From positions 125,364 through 189,363 of the forward strand of contig CAWKLT010000013.1 of assembly GCA_963850555.1 (NCBI GenBank): a stretch of DNA of 64,000 bases. Reading direction: 5' to 3'. Origin of the DNA: an uncultured Chloroflexia bacterium (GTDB taxonomy: Bacteria; Chloroflexota; Limnocylindria; Limnocylindrales; CSP1-4). The notes beneath the pieces are model-generated. The model made no database searches. It was not told the DNA's origin and saw nothing but the letters and a program-made list of their open reading frames with translations. The position numbers and the translations under genes were made by a program. Of this stretch, positions 62,020 through 64,000 are shown piece after piece (position 1 is the first letter of the stretch; the number at the start of each line of letters is the position of its first letter).

Positions 62020-63304
62020 GCCTAGCCGCCCGTCGACGACGACGCGCAGCAGGTCGCCGCTCGACAGGTCGGTCGCGAACAGCTCGCCGGCCGCGTCCTC
62101 CGCGATCGCGCTGATCGAGCGCTCGCTTTCCGCGGCCAGGGATCGGGTCACGGAGGTCGTCCGGCTGAGGATCGAGGACCCAGAACCGTCCCGAACAGTA
62201 GTCGGCGAAGACGTACCAGCCGCGTAGGGCCGGTTGCGCCTCGCCGCGGTAGACGGTGCCACCGGTCACGGAGCATCCCAGGTCGTGGGCGTATTCCGTC
62301 ACCGGCAGGGTCAGCTCGTCGGTCAGGCAGTCGGTGCCGCCGTCGCGGTAGCAGGCCGAGCCCTCCATGATGTTCCAGCCGAAGTCGAGCCCGCCGACGC
62401 CCGCCCGCGCGACGTCGATCTCCTCGCGAGTTCCCTGCCCGACGTCGCCGATCCAGAGATCGCCGGTCGCCCGGTCGAAGCGCATCCGCCACGGGTTGCG
62501 CAGACCCGTGAGCCAGATCTCGTGGCGGGCTCCGCCGAGGTCCAGGAACGGATTGTCGTCCGGGATGCCGTAGGGCCGGTCAGCTCCGGCCTCGACGTCG
62601 ATGTCGATGCGCAGGATCTTCGCGAGCAGCGTCGAGAGCTGTCGCCCGGAGTCGAGCGGGTCGCCGCCGCCGCCGCCATCGCCGGTCGAGATGTACAGGT
62701 GGCCATCCGGTCCGAACGCGAGCCCGCCGCCGTTGTGGTTCCCGAACCGGTCGTCCATTTGCAGCAGGATCACGGCGCTGTCGGGGTCGGCCCGGTCGCG
62801 GTCGTCCGACCGGGTCTCGTACGAGGCCACGACCTGCGTCCCATCGAGCGCGGTGTAGTAGACGAAGAAGCGTGGGTCCGCGGCCGACGGGTGGAACGCG
62901 AGACCGAGGAGACCCTGCTCGCCGCCGGCGGTGACGAGGCCGCCGATGTCCAGGAAGGGTCGATCGACCAGGGCGCCATCGCGAACGATGCGGATCTGCC
63001 CACCTTGCTCCACCACGAACAGCGTCGACGGATCGTCGGCGCGCCAGGCGATGTCGAGCGGCGATTCGAGGCCACCGACGACCGGTTCGAGGCCGAGGCG
63101 GGGCGGCTCGCCGATCGCGCCCGGGGGTTCCGCGGAGCTCGGATCCGGAGCCACGGAGACCGAAGGCGCGGCTGTCGCGGGCGGCGCGGTCGTGGGCGCG
63201 TCAGTCGCCGGAGGCGAGGGCTCGGCCGGGGCCGCGCAGCCAGCCACGAGCGCGATCGTCAGCACGCTCAGCAGCCACGTCCGGATTCGATGTCGGGGAC
63301 GCAT
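62000..63304 (-). pseudogene. PQQ-dependent sugar dehydrogenase (soluble aldose dehydrogenase, YliI/GSDH family) lipoprotein, C-terminal frameshift near 62150
   Basis: Translation from the Met at 63304 opens with signal peptide and lipobox MRPRHRIRTWLLSVLTIALVAGC. Beta-propeller blocks follow (GLLGLAFHP, HNGGGLAFGPDGHLYISTGDGG, GWNIMEG). The tail ...SISAIAEDAAGELFATDL... is in ORF 61669..62262. Confidence 0.75.
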
Positions 63305-63412
63305 CGTCGCGAATGCTAGCCGGATGCTTGGCATCGGGTCCGCGGGACGTTTCGCGGGACGTCCCTTCGTGCCGCTCCGGCTGCTACGCTCGCAGCTGGA
63401 GGGCCACGACTG

Positions 63413-63739
63413 ATGGATGCTTGGGAGCTCGACGACCTCGAGGCGGCACGACAGGCCAGCGGCAGGCGGTACCACGAGTTCAAATCCGTCCCGGACCTGT
63501 CGGGCGGGCTGTACGTGCTGGAGGCGGGTGCCGTCGACTCCCAGTCACCGCACACCGAGGACGAGCTCTACGTCGCGATGTCGGGGCGGGCTCGGGTGAC
63601 GGTCGGGGACGAGGTCCGGGACGTCCACGCCGGTACGGTGATCTTCGTCGCAGCGGGCGTAACGCACCGGTTCCATGACATCCAGGAGCGGCTCGTGCTC
63701 CTCGTCGCCTTCGGTCCGGCCGAGTACTCGCGCGCGTAG
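63413..63739 (+). CDS. cupin domain protein
   Basis: 108 aa with the two cupin motifs (H..E....V..G...V.....G and HRF). Confidence 0.75.
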   Translation: MDAWELDDLEAARQASGRRYHEFKSVPDLSGGLYVLEAGAVDSQSPHTEDELYVAMSGRARVTVGDEVRDVHAGTVIFVAAGVTHRFHDIQERLVLLVAFGPAEYSRA

Positions 63740-63780
63740 GCGAGGCGCGGTTCGCCGCGGTCGCCCCAGGCCCGGGCGGC

Positions 63781-64000
63781 CTACTCACCCACGGCCCCGC
63801 CACGGGCCGCCACGGCGGCCGAGAGCTCGAGCGCCAGCTCCGGGCCGCGCCCGACCGGGTCGTGCCGGAAGAAGACGAACGCGTCATCACCGGCGTCGAG
63901 GAACGGGGCCAGCCGGTCGGCCCAGGTCGCGATCTCGTCCGGCGCGTAATCGTGCCGTCGCAGGCGCAGGTAGAGGAACGGCCCCGTCCGACGCAGGGTC
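63781..64000 (-). CDS. DUF72 family protein, C-terminal fragment (gene runs off the 3-prime end of the window)
   Basis: Reverse translation ...PFLYLRLRRHDYAPDEIATWADRLAPFLDAGDDAFVFFRHD... ending at TAG 63781 matches the DUF72 C-terminus. Confidence 0.55.
   Translation of the reverse strand, partial: TLRRTGPFLYLRLRRHDYAPDEIATWADRLAPFLDAGDDAFVFFRHDPVGRGPELALELSAAVAARGGAVGE

Noticed and set aside
63470-63500. tRNA T-loop-like string GAGTTCAAATCCGTC
   Set aside because: It lies inside the cupin coding frame (RRYHEFKSVPD) with no acceptor or anticodon stem pairing around it, so it is coincidental.
1-64000. Search for mobile elements, CRISPR repeats, toxin-antitoxin or phage genes
   Set aside because: I found no transposase or integrase signatures, no regularly spaced direct repeats, and no tRNA or rRNA. 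The window looks like core chromosome.

Overview
This 64 kb window has roughly 72% GC and no rRNA, tRNA, CRISPR array, transposase or phage gene that I can recognise. It looks like core chromosome of a high-GC Gram-positive bacterium, likely an actinobacterium or similar lineage that uses coenzyme F420. Reading from the 5-prime end, the first block (1-9850) is a minus-strand sugar ABC importer whose last gene is a truncated FucD-like enolase-superfamily dehydratase, followed by an IclR regulator, an amidohydrolase-2 lactonase, an aldo/keto reductase, an FAH-family hydrolase, an SDR and an Ldh_2 dehydrogenase. I read this as a non-phosphorylative L-fucose-type sugar-acid catabolic island. Next come LhgO and a divergent TetR/FAD-monooxygenase pair with tandem palindromic operators. 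An arginine biosynthesis operon argC-argJ-argB-argR-argG sits on the minus strand without argD or argF. After it come a DUF4395 gene, OsmC, a fused ABC exporter translationally coupled to trxB, and an F420 island carrying cofE-cofC-cofD, four LLM-class oxidoreductases, a PPOX protein and an EAL-domain protein. Further on are DUF1684, mtnP, IMPase, a 5-prime-3-prime exonuclease, pncA, an OmpR-type response regulator, intact aceE (PDH E1), chrA, a DUF4118-PAS histidine kinase, a glycine-zipper protein, a GT4 glycosyltransferase, an ABC-2 exporter and bacterial topoisomerase IB. The 3-prime end holds two tandem soluble histidine kinases, a general-stress island (CsbD-like, ElaB-like, SRPBCC, GlsB/YmgE), corA, an AI-2E transporter, a class A PBP, a SIMPL protein, a PQQ-type sugar dehydrogenase lipoprotein, a cupin and a partial DUF72 gene. 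The most striking thing the sequence itself shows is that about 25 clearly conserved genes are interrupted by one to three frameshifts, while others, including the 2.7 kb aceE, are intact. These are either assembly indel errors or widespread pseudogenisation. Either way, gene boundaries given below are approximate. Short in-frame tandem repeats of 9 to 18 bp occur at several protein termini.
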